Source of the DNA: Escherichia phage S143_2
Sequence record: MZ189261.1
Length of the DNA stretch: 64,000 bases
Direction: 5' to 3' (one strand)
Below are positions 23,293-34,092 of this stretch, in pieces. The stretch's first letter is position 1, and every line of letters begins with the position of its first letter. The translations under genes were made by a program, and so were the position numbers. The notes below the pieces were generated by a model. It was not told the origin of the DNA. It did no database searches and saw only the letters and a list, made by a program, of their open reading frames with translations.

Positions 23293-24461
23293 CAGTATTC
23301 CAACGTCCAGGATATCCTAACTTAAGCGTTAAATTATATCAAGATTATTCGGCTTGGCAAGAAAATAGATATGTTGAACTCGCAGCAACAATAACAACTT
23401 TAACCATGCGAGATTCGCTATATGGAAGAAATGAAGGGATTCTTCAATTTTATGACACTAAAAACATCCACACTAAAATGGATGGTAGACAGATAGTCCA
23501 AATCTCTGTTTCAAATTCAAACACACCTCTCCAAGTTAGAACTCGAATTTATGGATGTAGACATTATTCTGTGTCTGTGGACTCAAAAGGTGACAATATT
23601 ATTGCAATTGAGCTTGGAACAATACATTCTATAGAGAACCTTAAATTTGGGCGACCATTCTTCTCAGACGCAGGAGAATCTATACGTGAAATGTTAGGTG
23701 TCATATATAAAGACCGTACGTTAATTACTCCGCCAATAAACACTATTAATGCTTATGTTCCTGATATTCCTTGGACAAGCACATTTGATGATTATTTGGC
23801 ATATGTCAGAGAATTAGGACTTGCTACAGCGAGTGATAAGTTCGTATTCGTATGGCAAGATATTTTAGGCGTAAACATGATTGACTATGATACTCTTATT
23901 GGTCAGGAAGGCATTAAGATGGTTGTAGGTGAGCCAAATACTGTAGGTCAGTATATTCAAGAGCTTGAGTATCCATTAGTATGGGATTTCACCTGGATGA
24001 CTAAAGCTAACCAATTTACAAGAGACCCTATTAAAAACGCCACGATATTCGCTCATTCATTTTTAGATACATCTATTCCGGTTATTGTTACAGGCGATGG
24101 TGATAATGCTATTCTTGTGTCAAGATCAGGTGGATATTCCGAAATGACCTATCGTAATGGATTTGAAGAAGCAAGTCGTCTTCAGACAATGGCCCAATAT
24201 GACGGATATGCTAAATGCACTACTACAGGTAATTTTAACATAACGCCTGCTACTAAAATTATATTTGTTGACCAAAAGAACCAATTCAAATCCGAATTTT
24301 ACGTGGATGAAGTTATTCATGAGTTATCAAATAACAACTCACAAACTCATCTGTACATGTTTACCAACTCAATGGTGTTAGAACCTGTTAACCCAGTTAA
24401 GGTTAAAAATGAACTTAAATCTGATTCTACCTCTAAAGAAAATAATTCTACCACAGTCTAA
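23289..24461 (+). CDS. 27: Baseplate hub protein gp27
   Basis: 390 aa (T4 gp27 is about 391); synteny. Confidence 0.88.
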   Translation: MTVFQRPGYPNLSVKLYQDYSAWQENRYVELAATITTLTMRDSLYGRNEGILQFYDTKNIHTKMDGRQIVQISVSNSNTPLQVRTRIYGCRHYSVSVDSKGDNIIAIELGTIHSIENLKFGRPFFSDAGESIREMLGVIYKDRTLITPPINTINAYVPDIPWTSTFDDYLAYVRELGLATASDKFVFVWQDILGVNMIDYDTLIGQEGIKMVVGEPNTVGQYIQELEYPLVWDFTWMTKANQFTRDPIKNATIFAHSFLDTSIPVIVTGDGDNAILVSRSGGYSEMTYRNGFEEASRLQTMAQYDGYAKCTTTGNFNITPATKIIFVDQKNQFKSEFYVDEVIHELSNNNSQTHLYMFTNSMVLEPVNPVKVKNELKSDSTSKENNSTTV

Positions 24462-24942
24462 TAAAAAGGTAATGATTCCCAAATTAGGGCTTAAACATTA
24501 TAATCTTTTAAAGGACGTTAAAGGCCCTGACGAAAACATGAAAATCTTAGCTGATTCTATTTGTAAAAATATGAGTCCAGCAGATTTTGATTTTGCATGT
24601 CTACACATATTGGAATTTAATAATAAACTTAATTCTGAAGTTGAAAAAGATGGATTCACTTATAAACTAGATGACGTCTATGTATGCCAACGAACAGAAT
24701 TCCAATTTCAAGGTAATACTTTTTATTTTAGACCCCCAGGCAAATTTGAACAATTCGCTACAATCAGTGAAATGCTATCAAATTGCTTAATAAAAGTTAA
24801 TGACGAAGAGAAAGAAATTTCTTTCCTTGAGATGCCTGCTTTTGTAATCAAATGGGCAGAAGACCTTTCGACAACTATTGCTATTCCAGGCCCTAATGGC
24901 CCTATTAAGGGTATAGCAGAAATTATTGGATTGCTTGAATGA
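24409..24942 (+). CDS. 28: Baseplate hub distal subunit gp28
   Basis: 177 aa as in T4 gp28; overlaps gene 27 end. Confidence 0.82.
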   Translation: MNLNLILPLKKIILPQSNKKVMIPKLGLKHYNLLKDVKGPDENMKILADSICKNMSPADFDFACLHILEFNNKLNSEVEKDGFTYKLDDVYVCQRTEFQFQGNTFYFRPPGKFEQFATISEMLSNCLIKVNDEEKEISFLEMPAFVIKWAEDLSTTIAIPGPNGPIKGIAEIIGLLE

Positions 24943-26711
24943 AACCTGAAGAAATGAAATCCATGCGTAGAAATAAGGTCATTGCCGATAATAAACCACA
25001 AAAAGTAGCTGCAACAGCAGCTACTGATTCATTAGAAGCATTGAATAACATTTCATCAAAACTGGACGATGTCCAAGCCGCGTCTGAACTCACATCACAA
25101 AGTGTAGAAGATAAAGGCAATGGAATTATTGAATCAATTGGAGACTTAAAGAATTCGACAGATAATACTGCTGAAGGCACAGAGCTTATCGCAGAAGTTA
25201 TTGAAAAACAAACTGAAGTCACTAAAAGTATAAACGAAGTTTCTAGTGCAATAAGCTCCAAGTTAGACCGATTAGCTACATTATTAGAGCAAAAATTACA
25301 AACATCTACCGCTATTCAAAATACAGGAGGCACCTCTCTTGAAGTAATTGAGAACGCAATACCTGTTAAAGTGGTTGAGAATGAAACTTATGATGAGCTG
25401 TTTAAAGCATTACCTACACCTGAAAAGATTGATAATAAGCCAGACGAAGATTTCTTCCCAGCCCCGGTTCAAGAAAGTGCTAATTCTACTTCCGATTCTA
25501 AAGGCGGGATTAGCTTTAAATTGAGCGATAAAATTGCAATGCTCACCAAAACAGTTCAAGCCGGGTTTAATAAATCAATATCAATTTCTGACAGAATTGC
25601 TGGAATGCTTTTCAAATACACTATAACGGCTGCTATTGAAGCAGCAAAAATGGCCGCACTTATTCTTGGTATTGTTATCGGTATTGATTTATTGATAGTC
25701 CATTTCAAATATTGGACAGACAAGTTCACTTCTGCCTGGGATTTATTTGATGAAAACTTTACTAAATTCTCCGATGAAGCTAAAGAGTGGGGTAAATTCT
25801 TAAGTGATATATTCACTTCTATTGACTCTATAAAACAATTGTGGGAAGCTGGAGACTGGGGTGGTTTAACCGTTGCTATTGTCAAAGGTGTAGGAACAGC
25901 GTTAATGAACTTAGGTGAACTAATTCAATTAGGAATGGCTAAACTCTCTGCGTCTATATTGCGTGCTATAGGTTTTGGTGATACCGCAGACGAAATAGAA
26001 GGACGTGCTTTGGAAGGATTCCAAGAAACTACTGGGAACAAATTAAAGAAAGAAGACCAAGAGAAAGTCGCTAAATATCAAATGAAGCGTGACGATGGGG
26101 AATTAGGAACCGTTTCTAAAGGTCTTGATATGTTACAACGCGGCAAAACATTCGTTACTAACTGGGTTCGTGGTAATGACAATAAAGAAGAGTTTAGTAC
26201 AAGCGATGAGCGTGCTGCGGAATCGGCAAAATTAAAAGAGTTACCTGAAGAGGAGCGTAAAGAGGCGTATATAAAAGCTAATGAAACTCGTGCGGCACTG
26301 GTTAGATTTGAGGATTATATCGATAAAATCGATATGACTAATCCGGAAAATGCTAAAAACGTCGAGAAGTCTTATGCTGATTTAAGTAAACTTATTAAAG
26401 ACCCTGAACTTAATAAAACTCCTGTTGTTAAAAAGGAATTAGATGCTAGATTTGAAAAGCTAAATAATAAAATGGCTGAAGCCAAAAAGGCTCAGACAAC
26501 AGTTAAGCCTGAATCTTCGACTAAATCTCCGGAAGCAAAACAAGTTCAGTCAATAGAGAAAGGACGTGCTTCTGAATCTAAACAACAGCAACCGGTAGCG
26601 GCGATTAGTAACACAAATAATGTCGTCAAAAAGAATACCGTAGTCCAGAATATGACCCCTGTAACAAGTACAACGGCTCCTGGAATTTTCCATGCCACCG
26701 GTGTTAATTAA
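24939..26711 (+). CDS. 29: Baseplate hub / tail length determinator gp29
   Basis: 590 aa as in T4 gp29. Confidence 0.88.
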   Translation: MKPEEMKSMRRNKVIADNKPQKVAATAATDSLEALNNISSKLDDVQAASELTSQSVEDKGNGIIESIGDLKNSTDNTAEGTELIAEVIEKQTEVTKSINEVSSAISSKLDRLATLLEQKLQTSTAIQNTGGTSLEVIENAIPVKVVENETYDELFKALPTPEKIDNKPDEDFFPAPVQESANSTSDSKGGISFKLSDKIAMLTKTVQAGFNKSISISDRIAGMLFKYTITAAIEAAKMAALILGIVIGIDLLIVHFKYWTDKFTSAWDLFDENFTKFSDEAKEWGKFLSDIFTSIDSIKQLWEAGDWGGLTVAIVKGVGTALMNLGELIQLGMAKLSASILRAIGFGDTADEIEGRALEGFQETTGNKLKKEDQEKVAKYQMKRDDGELGTVSKGLDMLQRGKTFVTNWVRGNDNKEEFSTSDERAAESAKLKELPEEERKEAYIKANETRAALVRFEDYIDKIDMTNPENAKNVEKSYADLSKLIKDPELNKTPVVKKELDARFEKLNNKMAEAKKAQTTVKPESSTKSPEAKQVQSIEKGRASESKQQQPVAAISNTNNVVKKNTVVQNMTPVTSTTAPGIFHATGVN

Positions 26712-26719
26712 GGATTATT

Positions 26720-27829
26720 ATGATTAGTGTAAAAGAAATAGTAGTAGATGCAAAGGATTTAAATAAAGCAATCCCAGTCTCAGAAAGTGCTGGGCAAAGC
26801 ACTAAAACCGAAACAACTACTAAAACTTATGTTGCTCAATTTCCTACAGGAAGAGCAGCCGGAAATGACTCCACAGGAGACTTCCAGGTAACAGACCTTT
26901 ATAAGAATGGATTATTATTTACCGCGTACAATATGTCTGCACGCGATTCAGGATCCCTCAGGAATTTACGTCCGGCATACGCCGGCACTTCATCTAACGG
27001 TATCATATCAGATTTAACTGATAATGTGAAAGATGCAGTGACTAAATTCTCTAATGGGTTGCTTCCTGCTGGAGCTAATAAACCTACTATAAATAAAACT
27101 CCTGTTGCTAATATACTTTTGCCACGTTCCAAATCTGACGTTGATACAACTTCACATCGTTTTAATGATGTTGGTGATAGCCTTATTACTAAAGGTGGAG
27201 GTACTGCTACGGGTGTTTTAAGTAACATTGCTTCTACTGCAGTTTTTGGTGCATTAGATTCTATTACTCAAGGGCTTATGGCTGATAATAACGAACAGAT
27301 TTATACGACTTCTCGTAGTATGTATGGCGGTGCAGAGAACCGTACTAAAGTCTTTACATGGGATTTAACTCCGCGTTCAACTGAAGACCTTATGGCTATT
27401 ATAAACATTTACCAGTATTTTAACTATTTCTCATATGGTGAGACCGGTAAATCACAATACGCCCAAGAGATTAAAAGTTATTTAGACGAATGGTACCGTT
27501 CAACGTTTATTGAGCCTATGACGCCTGATGATGCAGTAAAAAATAAGACATTGTTTGAAAAGATTACTGCGTCATTAACAAATGTATTAGTTGTAAGCAA
27601 CCCTACAATTTGGATGGTTAAAAACTTTGGTTATACGTCTAAATTTGATGGATTAACTGACGTATTTGGCCCATGTCAAATTCAAAGCGTACGTTTTGAT
27701 AAAACTCCAAATGGACAATTTAATGGTCTTGCTGTTGCTCCTAACTTACCGTCAACATTTACGTTAGAGATAACAATGCGAGAAATTATTACATTAAACC
27801 GTTCTTCACTTTATGCGGGGACTTTCTAA
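26720..27829 (+). CDS. 48: Baseplate tail tube cap gp48
   Basis: 369 aa; T4 order 29-48-54. Confidence 0.88.
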   Translation: MISVKEIVVDAKDLNKAIPVSESAGQSTKTETTTKTYVAQFPTGRAAGNDSTGDFQVTDLYKNGLLFTAYNMSARDSGSLRNLRPAYAGTSSNGIISDLTDNVKDAVTKFSNGLLPAGANKPTINKTPVANILLPRSKSDVDTTSHRFNDVGDSLITKGGGTATGVLSNIASTAVFGALDSITQGLMADNNEQIYTTSRSMYGGAENRTKVFTWDLTPRSTEDLMAIINIYQYFNYFSYGETGKSQYAQEIKSYLDEWYRSTFIEPMTPDDAVKNKTLFEKITASLTNVLVVSNPTIWMVKNFGYTSKFDGLTDVFGPCQIQSVRFDKTPNGQFNGLAVAPNLPSTFTLEITMREIITLNRSSLYAGTF

Positions 27830-28791
27830 TGTACTCTTTAGAAGAATTTAATAATCAAGCTATAAATGCAGATTTCCAACGAAACAATATGTTTAGTTGT
27901 GTATTTGCTACTACACCATCAACCAAATCGTCTTCACTAATTTCGTCAATTGGTAGTTTTGCTTATAATAACTTAGGGTTGGATTCTGATTGGTTAGGAT
28001 TGACTCAAGGTGATATCAATCAGGGCGTAACAACCCTGATTACAGCAGGAACACAGAAATTAATTCGAAAATCAGGTGTAAGTAAATATCTGATTGGAGC
28101 AATGAGTCAACGTACGGTACAAAGCTTGTTAGGCGAGTTCACAGTAGGATCTTATCTGATAGACTTCTTCAATATGGCATATAATAATACAGGTTTAATG
28201 ATTTATTCTGTAAAAATGCCTGAGAACCGATTATCTTATGAAACAGATTTCAACCATAACTCCCCGAACATCCGAATTACCGGCCGTGAAATGGACCCGT
28301 TAGTAATAAGCTTTAGAATGGATTCCGAAGCATCTAACTTTAGAGCAATGCAAGACTGGGTAAACTCAGTCCAAGACCCTGTAACAGGTCTTCGTGCTTT
28401 ACCACAAGACGTCGAAGCAGATATTCAGGTTAATTTACATGCACGAAATGGTTTACCGCATACCGCTGTCATGTTCACCGGATGTATTCCTGTTAGTGTC
28501 TCTTCTCCTGAGTTAACGTATGATGGTGATAATCAGATAACAGTTTTTGATGTAACATTTGCTTATCGCGTTATGCAATCAGGTGCTGTAAATAGACAGG
28601 CTGCTTTAGAATGGCTGGAATCAGGACTTATTAGTAGTGTTTCAGGAATGTTTGGAAATAATCAGAATGATTCTGGTCTAGGAAGTGCGGTATCAAGACT
28701 TTCTAGATTAGGTGGGACTGCCGGAGGTGTGTCTAATATAAACACATTGACAGGTGTGGTGAATTCTGCGTCAAGAGTTTTAGGACTATAA
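27829..28791 (+). CDS. 54: Baseplate tail tube initiator gp54
   Basis: 320 aa as in T4 gp54. Confidence 0.88.
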   Translation: MYSLEEFNNQAINADFQRNNMFSCVFATTPSTKSSSLISSIGSFAYNNLGLDSDWLGLTQGDINQGVTTLITAGTQKLIRKSGVSKYLIGAMSQRTVQSLLGEFTVGSYLIDFFNMAYNNTGLMIYSVKMPENRLSYETDFNHNSPNIRITGREMDPLVISFRMDSEASNFRAMQDWVNSVQDPVTGLRALPQDVEADIQVNLHARNGLPHTAVMFTGCIPVSVSSPELTYDGDNQITVFDVTFAYRVMQSGAVNRQAALEWLESGLISSVSGMFGNNQNDSGLGSAVSRLSRLGGTAGGVSNINTLTGVVNSASRVLGL

Positions 28792-28798
28792 AGAAAAA

Positions 28799-28815
28799 GG
28801 GAGACAACGTCTCCC
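28799..28815. terminator. Bidirectional terminator hairpin (GGGAGAC-AAC-GUCUCCC)
   Basis: 7-bp perfect stem between gene 54 (+) and the - strand alt-downstream ORF, flanked by A-run and T-rich sequence. Confidence 0.6.
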
Positions 28816-28824
28816 TTTAGGGGT

Positions 28825-29118
28825 TTATTTACGGAATGAAAGGAATGCTGGTGCTCGGAATGGAGTATCATCTTTAGAGTATTTAACTAATACGACCATT
28901 GGTACCTCTGTTTCTAAATGACCCGTCACTACACCGACAAAAATTTGATCAGTGTGTTCAGGGTCACGAAAGTTTTTAAGAGGTTCCATAGCAATATGGA
29001 ATGCACCTGGGAATACTCGATTCAATTCGTCAATCACAGCTTCGTTAAAAGCATCATCCGCTGGGATAACATCTTCAACTACTAGTTCTTGACCATTAAA
29101 GCGAAGCATAGATTTCAT
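28825..29118 (-). CDS. Hypothetical protein downstream of alt (97 aa from second ATG)
   Basis: Start at MKSMLRFNG... chosen because the early promoter and GAGGA SD lie upstream of this ATG; the longer 121-aa start would lie upstream of the promoter. Confidence 0.5.
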   Translation of the reverse strand: MKSMLRFNGQELVVEDVIPADDAFNEAVIDELNRVFPGAFHIAMEPLKNFRDPEHTDQIFVGVVTGHLETEVPMVVLVKYSKDDTPFRAPAFLSFRK

Positions 29119-29147
29119 AACGTTTTCCTCATGTTGTTGATGGGATG

Positions 29148-29177
29148 ATAGTATCACACATCCATGTGTTTGTAAAC
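29148..29177 (-). promoter_or_regulatory. Early promoter GTTTAC-N18-TACTAT
   Basis: On - strand GTTTACAAACACATGGATGTGTGATACTAT; same architecture as the promoter at 13818-13848. Confidence 0.45.
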
Positions 29178-31264
29178 TATCCTTGGACAAATTTAAACGG
29201 AACTGATTCTAAATCCATTAAAGATGCTAACAATTTCAATCCTTTAGGAGCACTAGTTTTTTCTACAAATGAGGAGAACGATATCGGCTCATCTGATTCG
29301 ATTTCACCCGTCATAGCAACCACCTCACCTGTTTCCATGAGAACATCACCGTCGTAAATGACAGCTTCGTCCAACTGGTCTGAGGACATGACTTCAGCTT
29401 GAATAAATTTAAGGTTGGATTCTAAACCTGCACCAGTGTCAGATGACGCATCTGTAATTTTATTTATCTGCAAGAGAATGCCTCTAGGCAAAATAATTTC
29501 TTGCTCATTAGGGTGATTACTCAACTGTCCAGGATAAATCACGTTAACTTTATGGGCGCCATCAATAGCCCATCCAACGTTAACACGGATTTGGTCTGGT
29601 GCATGCATAGCTGTTCTTACTTGACTAGGAGAAATAGTAACACCTTCGTCATTATTGTCAATGTTAAGCTCTTTGCGAACTTCTTCAGGAGCAAGTCCAA
29701 GGGCAACGTTCTCTTTAAACCCACCAAAAATAATAGGAGCTAGTGAAGTAGAAACATAGTTTCTGAAGTAGAATACCTTATTTTTAACCATTGCTTCGTA
29801 AATAGGCATTCTGATAGACTGGGCTCTATATAACGTTAGTCCTTCAGGTAAACGGTCTCCATTTAAAAACGCTGAATCAAGACCATCAATAGCGCGTTTA
29901 ACTTCATCTTCATCTGCAACATCGTAAAAATCTGGTTTATAACGACCTAACAACATATTATTGATATCCGTATACGCAGAAGAGGCATATTCACGAATAG
30001 CTCGTTTTTCAGCAACAGAGTATTGATTAGGGACCCGATTCATTGTTATATTAAAGGTGCCTCTAGCCGATTCTCGTGCATAAGTATACATCACATTAGA
30101 CAAGAACGCTGATTTACGTTGTTTCCAAGTTCTTTCAGATACTTCAGCTAAAACGTCGTCGGGCAGTTGGAAATTATCACGTCTAAAATCTTCAAACCAT
30201 TCGTCTTTAATAGAGTCTGCAATTTCATTTGCAGCTTCGACAAAAGCAGCTAATGCTTTAACAGATGTTGTTTTTTCAGTTTTAATTTTCTTAGCAAACT
30301 TTTCTAAAGTTGGCTTAATAACACTACCATAAGAAACTTCATCAGCAAATCTAAAGGATTCATCAATACGATTATAAATCTTATTTTCGATATCAGCAAC
30401 TAAAGTGCCTTTTGCTGTGGACGATGCTTGGGCTAGTACGATTTCATATGCTTCAGGAAGTAATTCGGCTGTAGCTGGGCCACTAACTTCTTTAGCAGAA
30501 TTTTCGTATTTCTGGAATAACTCACCTTCTTGGCGGTCAGCTTCTAAAGATTGACTTGCTGCAATAGCACGACGAGAAATTTTAGTACGAGCAATAACAG
30601 GCTTATCTTTACGTTTTTCTTCTACCGCAGCAATAGAACCAGCGATAGCCGTTTCTTTGGTGACCATTTCGCCAGTCTTTTTACTCACATAAACTTCGCC
30701 AACATCAGAATCTACTTTCGTGTACAACTCTGTGTTAATGTTAGGGATGCCTTTAATATCTTCAATGTTGGCATTTTTACGAACCATCATCACATAGGTG
30801 TGTTTACCTGTGAATTGATACATTGCCGACAATACTTTAAAACGACCACCGGTTTTAGTAGAAACTAAACGAGCAAGAAGAGTTTGAAGCTGCTGTCCGC
30901 GTCCTTTCAATTTCTTGGTAGGGAATCGGAATAGAACTGCATCCATACGAAGAGCTTTAACCTGTTCATATACTGTATTGAAAATGGTGTTGATTGCATC
31001 AATAGGAGCAGGACCAAGGCCATTTTTCAATTCAGCGAGATTGCCCTTTTCAGATAGACTCATAATAACAACATGAGCGTATTTGTCGCCAAGTTTAACT
31101 TGTTTTACAGCATCACCTTCGGAAAGGTAAGAGAATAAGCGAACTACGATGTTTGTATCGATATCACCAATTTTCCAGACTTGTGGAACTTTAGCTTTAG
31201 GGTTCAAATTGACGACAGGAAGACTGCCTTCAGATTCAAACACTTCATTTAATTGTTCAGACAT
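29177..31264 (-). CDS. alt: Alt ADP-ribosyltransferase (virion-packaged)
   Basis: 695-aa ORF in the T4 alt position between gene 54 and gene 30; size close to T4 Alt (about 682 aa). Confidence 0.85.
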   Translation of the reverse strand: MSEQLNEVFESEGSLPVVNLNPKAKVPQVWKIGDIDTNIVVRLFSYLSEGDAVKQVKLGDKYAHVVIMSLSEKGNLAELKNGLGPAPIDAINTIFNTVYEQVKALRMDAVLFRFPTKKLKGRGQQLQTLLARLVSTKTGGRFKVLSAMYQFTGKHTYVMMVRKNANIEDIKGIPNINTELYTKVDSDVGEVYVSKKTGEMVTKETAIAGSIAAVEEKRKDKPVIARTKISRRAIAASQSLEADRQEGELFQKYENSAKEVSGPATAELLPEAYEIVLAQASSTAKGTLVADIENKIYNRIDESFRFADEVSYGSVIKPTLEKFAKKIKTEKTTSVKALAAFVEAANEIADSIKDEWFEDFRRDNFQLPDDVLAEVSERTWKQRKSAFLSNVMYTYARESARGTFNITMNRVPNQYSVAEKRAIREYASSAYTDINNMLLGRYKPDFYDVADEDEVKRAIDGLDSAFLNGDRLPEGLTLYRAQSIRMPIYEAMVKNKVFYFRNYVSTSLAPIIFGGFKENVALGLAPEEVRKELNIDNNDEGVTISPSQVRTAMHAPDQIRVNVGWAIDGAHKVNVIYPGQLSNHPNEQEIILPRGILLQINKITDASSDTGAGLESNLKFIQAEVMSSDQLDEAVIYDGDVLMETGEVVAMTGEIESDEPISFSSFVEKTSAPKGLKLLASLMDLESVPFKFVQG

Positions 31265-31304
31265 AGTGTTTTCCTTTTAGTAATAATTTATATTTATGCC
31301 AAAA

Positions 31305-31320
31305 AGAGCCCGAAGGCTCT
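31305..31320 (-). terminator. Intrinsic terminator (AGAGCC-CGAA-GGCUCU plus U-tract on - strand)
   Basis: 6-bp stem; - strand continues CTTTTTGG; lies between the gene 30 cluster and alt. Confidence 0.55.
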
Positions 31321-31508
31321 TAATCCACAATCGGGAGCAAAGTACGATAAACTTCAAAATTAGGGCCTTTTTCGTACCCATTAACGTTATCTACGAAAAC
31401 CCGATACGAATTTTCATTAGGAAAATCTAATATAATCTGAGAGCAAGAGGTGGAAACATCTCCACCATCCTTCTTAGCTACAATAACTGTTTCTAAATAA
31501 GCTTTCAT
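31320..31508 (-). CDS. Hypothetical small protein (62 aa)
   Basis: ATG overlaps the gene 30 stop (TAATG arrangement); no recognisable motif. Confidence 0.4.
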   Translation of the reverse strand: MKAYLETVIVAKKDGGDVSTSCSQIILDFPNENSYRVFVDNVNGYEKGPNFEVYRTLLPIVD

Positions 31509-33001
31509 TATAAACCTGTCTGGGACCACGGTCCAAATACGTCTTCAAACGAATCCGCTTCTGTTTTATCAAAACGGAACCCTTTAATAATTGGAAGGAA
31601 AATACCTACAGTACCTTCACGGCCTTTAGAATGAACCCAACCATTACATTCACAATCAGCGATACGTCCAATTAATTTACCTTCACGAGCTTCGGTCATT
31701 AATCGTTCACGGTCTAAATCATGACGCTCGTCTAAAGGAATAAGAACCTTTACACCGTCAACTGTTTTATGAGTTGTATCTTTAAACCCTGAACCACAAT
31801 CGGTTGTAATACGACGACAACGTGATACGAGTTCGACACCACCTAATTTGTTAGGGTCTTTAGAGTGTTCATAGTATCCTACAACTTCTAAAGCGATATC
31901 AATAACTTCTTTAAATTTAATTAGGTTCTTAGAGCGTTTGTTTTCCCAATATGAATCACGGTTTTTAAGGATAATACCTTCAAGACCTTGGTCAACATAT
32001 TTTTTATAAACTACTTTAGCTTCGTCAAGATTACGAACTAACTGATTTTCAATTGGTTCAATTCGCTTAAAGCCTTCAGCCATATTTTCAAGAGCAGCAA
32101 AACGAACATCGTATTTCTGACCTTTAATTTTGCCGTCAGAATAGACTTCATCTAAAGGAACATAGTCCCAGGCTTGAAGAACCATACCTTCCGCTTCTTT
32201 AGGAGAAATAGTCCCTTGAAGAGATTTATTTGCTAAACCATTTGAAGTGCTACGGTCTGCAACTTGTACTTCTTCGGATTCTTCATTATCACCAAATAAG
32301 AACGACAGGTCATTTCCTGAGCTCACAGCCTTTTTAATATCGAATGAATGATAAACTAATTCACCGTCGATTAAAACCCCATTAGGGTGTCTTTCACGAG
32401 CTTCTTTAGTCATTTCCATTAGTTCATCCGCTAATAGAGTAAGACCATGGTATTCGTTACCAGCACGAGAAAAGAATTGAACACCATCATCGCGAACTTC
32501 AGCGAAACAACGAGCACCATCTGCTTTTAATTGGGCAAATGCGGGCCATTTAATATTTTTAGTAATCAATTTCTCATCATATGCAGATGCTAACATCTGT
32601 GGTTGCAATTGAATAAGTCCAGGCCACACCTTATTCGCGATAGACACTGAAGCACCTACTTCAAGGTCGCGCATCATTACACGACGAAGGACTTCTACAT
32701 CATCAGGTTTACCGTCAGCGATATAACCCATGAGCTCTTTAATTGCGGCATTACCGGTGAGTTTACGAGTGGCTAATGTGAACTCAATAAAATCCAACAT
32801 GTCATCTAATTCAAGAAGACCATATGCTTGGGACCTTTCACCCGGCCCCGGCCATTTCTTAATATAATACTGGATACCACGTGCATATGTTAAACGATAC
32901 ACACGTTCAAGTAATTTGTTGTCCTTATTTTTCTTAAGGATTTCTTGTTTTGTTTTAGTAGAACCGATCGCAGCTATTTGGTTTAAAATATCTAAAATCA
33001 T
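31508..33001 (-). CDS. 30: ATP-dependent DNA ligase gp30
   Basis: 497 aa; KADGAR adenylation motif; N-terminus MILDILNQIAAIGSTKTKQEILKKNKDN... matches T4 DNA ligase as recalled. Confidence 0.95.
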   Translation of the reverse strand: MILDILNQIAAIGSTKTKQEILKKNKDNKLLERVYRLTYARGIQYYIKKWPGPGERSQAYGLLELDDMLDFIEFTLATRKLTGNAAIKELMGYIADGKPDDVEVLRRVMMRDLEVGASVSIANKVWPGLIQLQPQMLASAYDEKLITKNIKWPAFAQLKADGARCFAEVRDDGVQFFSRAGNEYHGLTLLADELMEMTKEARERHPNGVLIDGELVYHSFDIKKAVSSGNDLSFLFGDNEESEEVQVADRSTSNGLANKSLQGTISPKEAEGMVLQAWDYVPLDEVYSDGKIKGQKYDVRFAALENMAEGFKRIEPIENQLVRNLDEAKVVYKKYVDQGLEGIILKNRDSYWENKRSKNLIKFKEVIDIALEVVGYYEHSKDPNKLGGVELVSRCRRITTDCGSGFKDTTHKTVDGVKVLIPLDERHDLDRERLMTEAREGKLIGRIADCECNGWVHSKGREGTVGIFLPIIKGFRFDKTEADSFEDVFGPWSQTGL

Positions 33002-33267
33002 TTGATGTCCTCGATTTTGGTTACGGTTCTATTATAAGCCACTTCATCTAGAAGCGATTTCAGCGTTTTCTGATAAGTGGTAATCCATTTACCGAGTCCT
33101 TCAACATAGTATTCTGAAATGTAGATGAACCCTTGTTCAACACACTCTTTAAATATTTCCGCGTCTTTTACTGAACGAAACAATGGCCAGTCTCGAAAGA
33201 ACATGTTAACGTGACCGTAGTCACGCGTTGTGTTTTTGCCATCTGTAATATCATGAACTACAAACAT
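32998..33267 (-). CDS. Hypothetical protein (89 aa), 30.1 position
   Basis: ORF overlapping gene 30 start by 4 nt. Confidence 0.5.
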   Translation of the reverse strand: MFVVHDITDGKNTTRDYGHVNMFFRDWPLFRSVKDAEIFKECVEQGFIYISEYYVEGLGKWITTYQKTLKSLLDEVAYNRTVTKIEDIK

Positions 33268-33279
33268 AATTAACCCTTA

Positions 33280-34092
33280 TCAATTTGTAGACCAAGTCCA
33301 TTTGGACGAATCTAAAGGAAAGTTTTGAATCGTCCACCATGGCTGCATATCAGTCGGTCCTGGGGTTCGCCAGGTATACGGATTCGACGGAGCGCCAATT
33401 TGATTAGGCCATGCACCTGGACTTGTTGTACCAGATTCTTTAAGCAAATCCGCCAATCGTTTTAAAAGGTCTTCACGATCTGAATCTGAATTATGCTCGG
33501 GTGGAACCAAACGAGATTCAATATCATCCCACGTGTGTACACGTTGTGCAGTACGAGGAATGGCATCACGTTCACCACGAGCCAACCAATAAATCGGTAC
33601 ATTAAGAATTTCTGCTGCATGGTCACAGTGATGAGCTAAATCGTCAACGTAACAAATCACGTTATATTTTGTTTTAGCTAGTTCGAATAATTGTTCCTTT
33701 GAAGAATCATGACCACACATCATTACTTCAGAGAAAGCGCCTGGGAACAAAGCATTCAAATTAAATTGTCTATTCAATCGAGCATCAATTGAATCACCTA
33801 GCGCCGTCACGGCTACAAAATTATAGTCTTCTTTTAGTTTATTGATAACTCGAAGAGCATCCGAATAAGGCGCTAAGTAACGAATAAAATCAGAGCTATT
33901 ATATTTTTCTATCAATTGTTTACCAAGGTTATCGTCGGTATTGAACAGTTTACCAGGAGAAATAAATTTTTCGTCCTGAATCATTTTTAAAATATGTTCT
34001 AATGGAAGATTATATTTTTGGGCAAAATAAGGAAGTCCAGATTGCCAGCTTAAACATACACCATCAATATCAGTCAAAATAGTAGGTTTCAT
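33280..34092 (-). CDS. HAD-superfamily hydrolase-like protein (30.2 position)
   Basis: 270 aa; N-terminal ILTDIDGV resembles HAD motif I (DxDG). Confidence 0.55.
   Translation of the reverse strand: MKPTILTDIDGVCLSWQSGLPYFAQKYNLPLEHILKMIQDEKFISPGKLFNTDDNLGKQLIEKYNSSDFIRYLAPYSDALRVINKLKEDYNFVAVTALGDSIDARLNRQFNLNALFPGAFSEVMMCGHDSSKEQLFELAKTKYNVICYVDDLAHHCDHAAEILNVPIYWLARGERDAIPRTAQRVHTWDDIESRLVPPEHNSDSDREDLLKRLADLLKESGTTSPGAWPNQIGAPSNPYTWRTPGPTDMQPWWTIQNFPLDSSKWTWSTN

Noticed and set aside
28825-29190. 121-aa first-ATG version of the alt-downstream ORF
   Set aside because: The first ATG overlaps the alt 3' end and lies upstream of the early promoter at 29148-29177; the downstream ATG has a proper SD.
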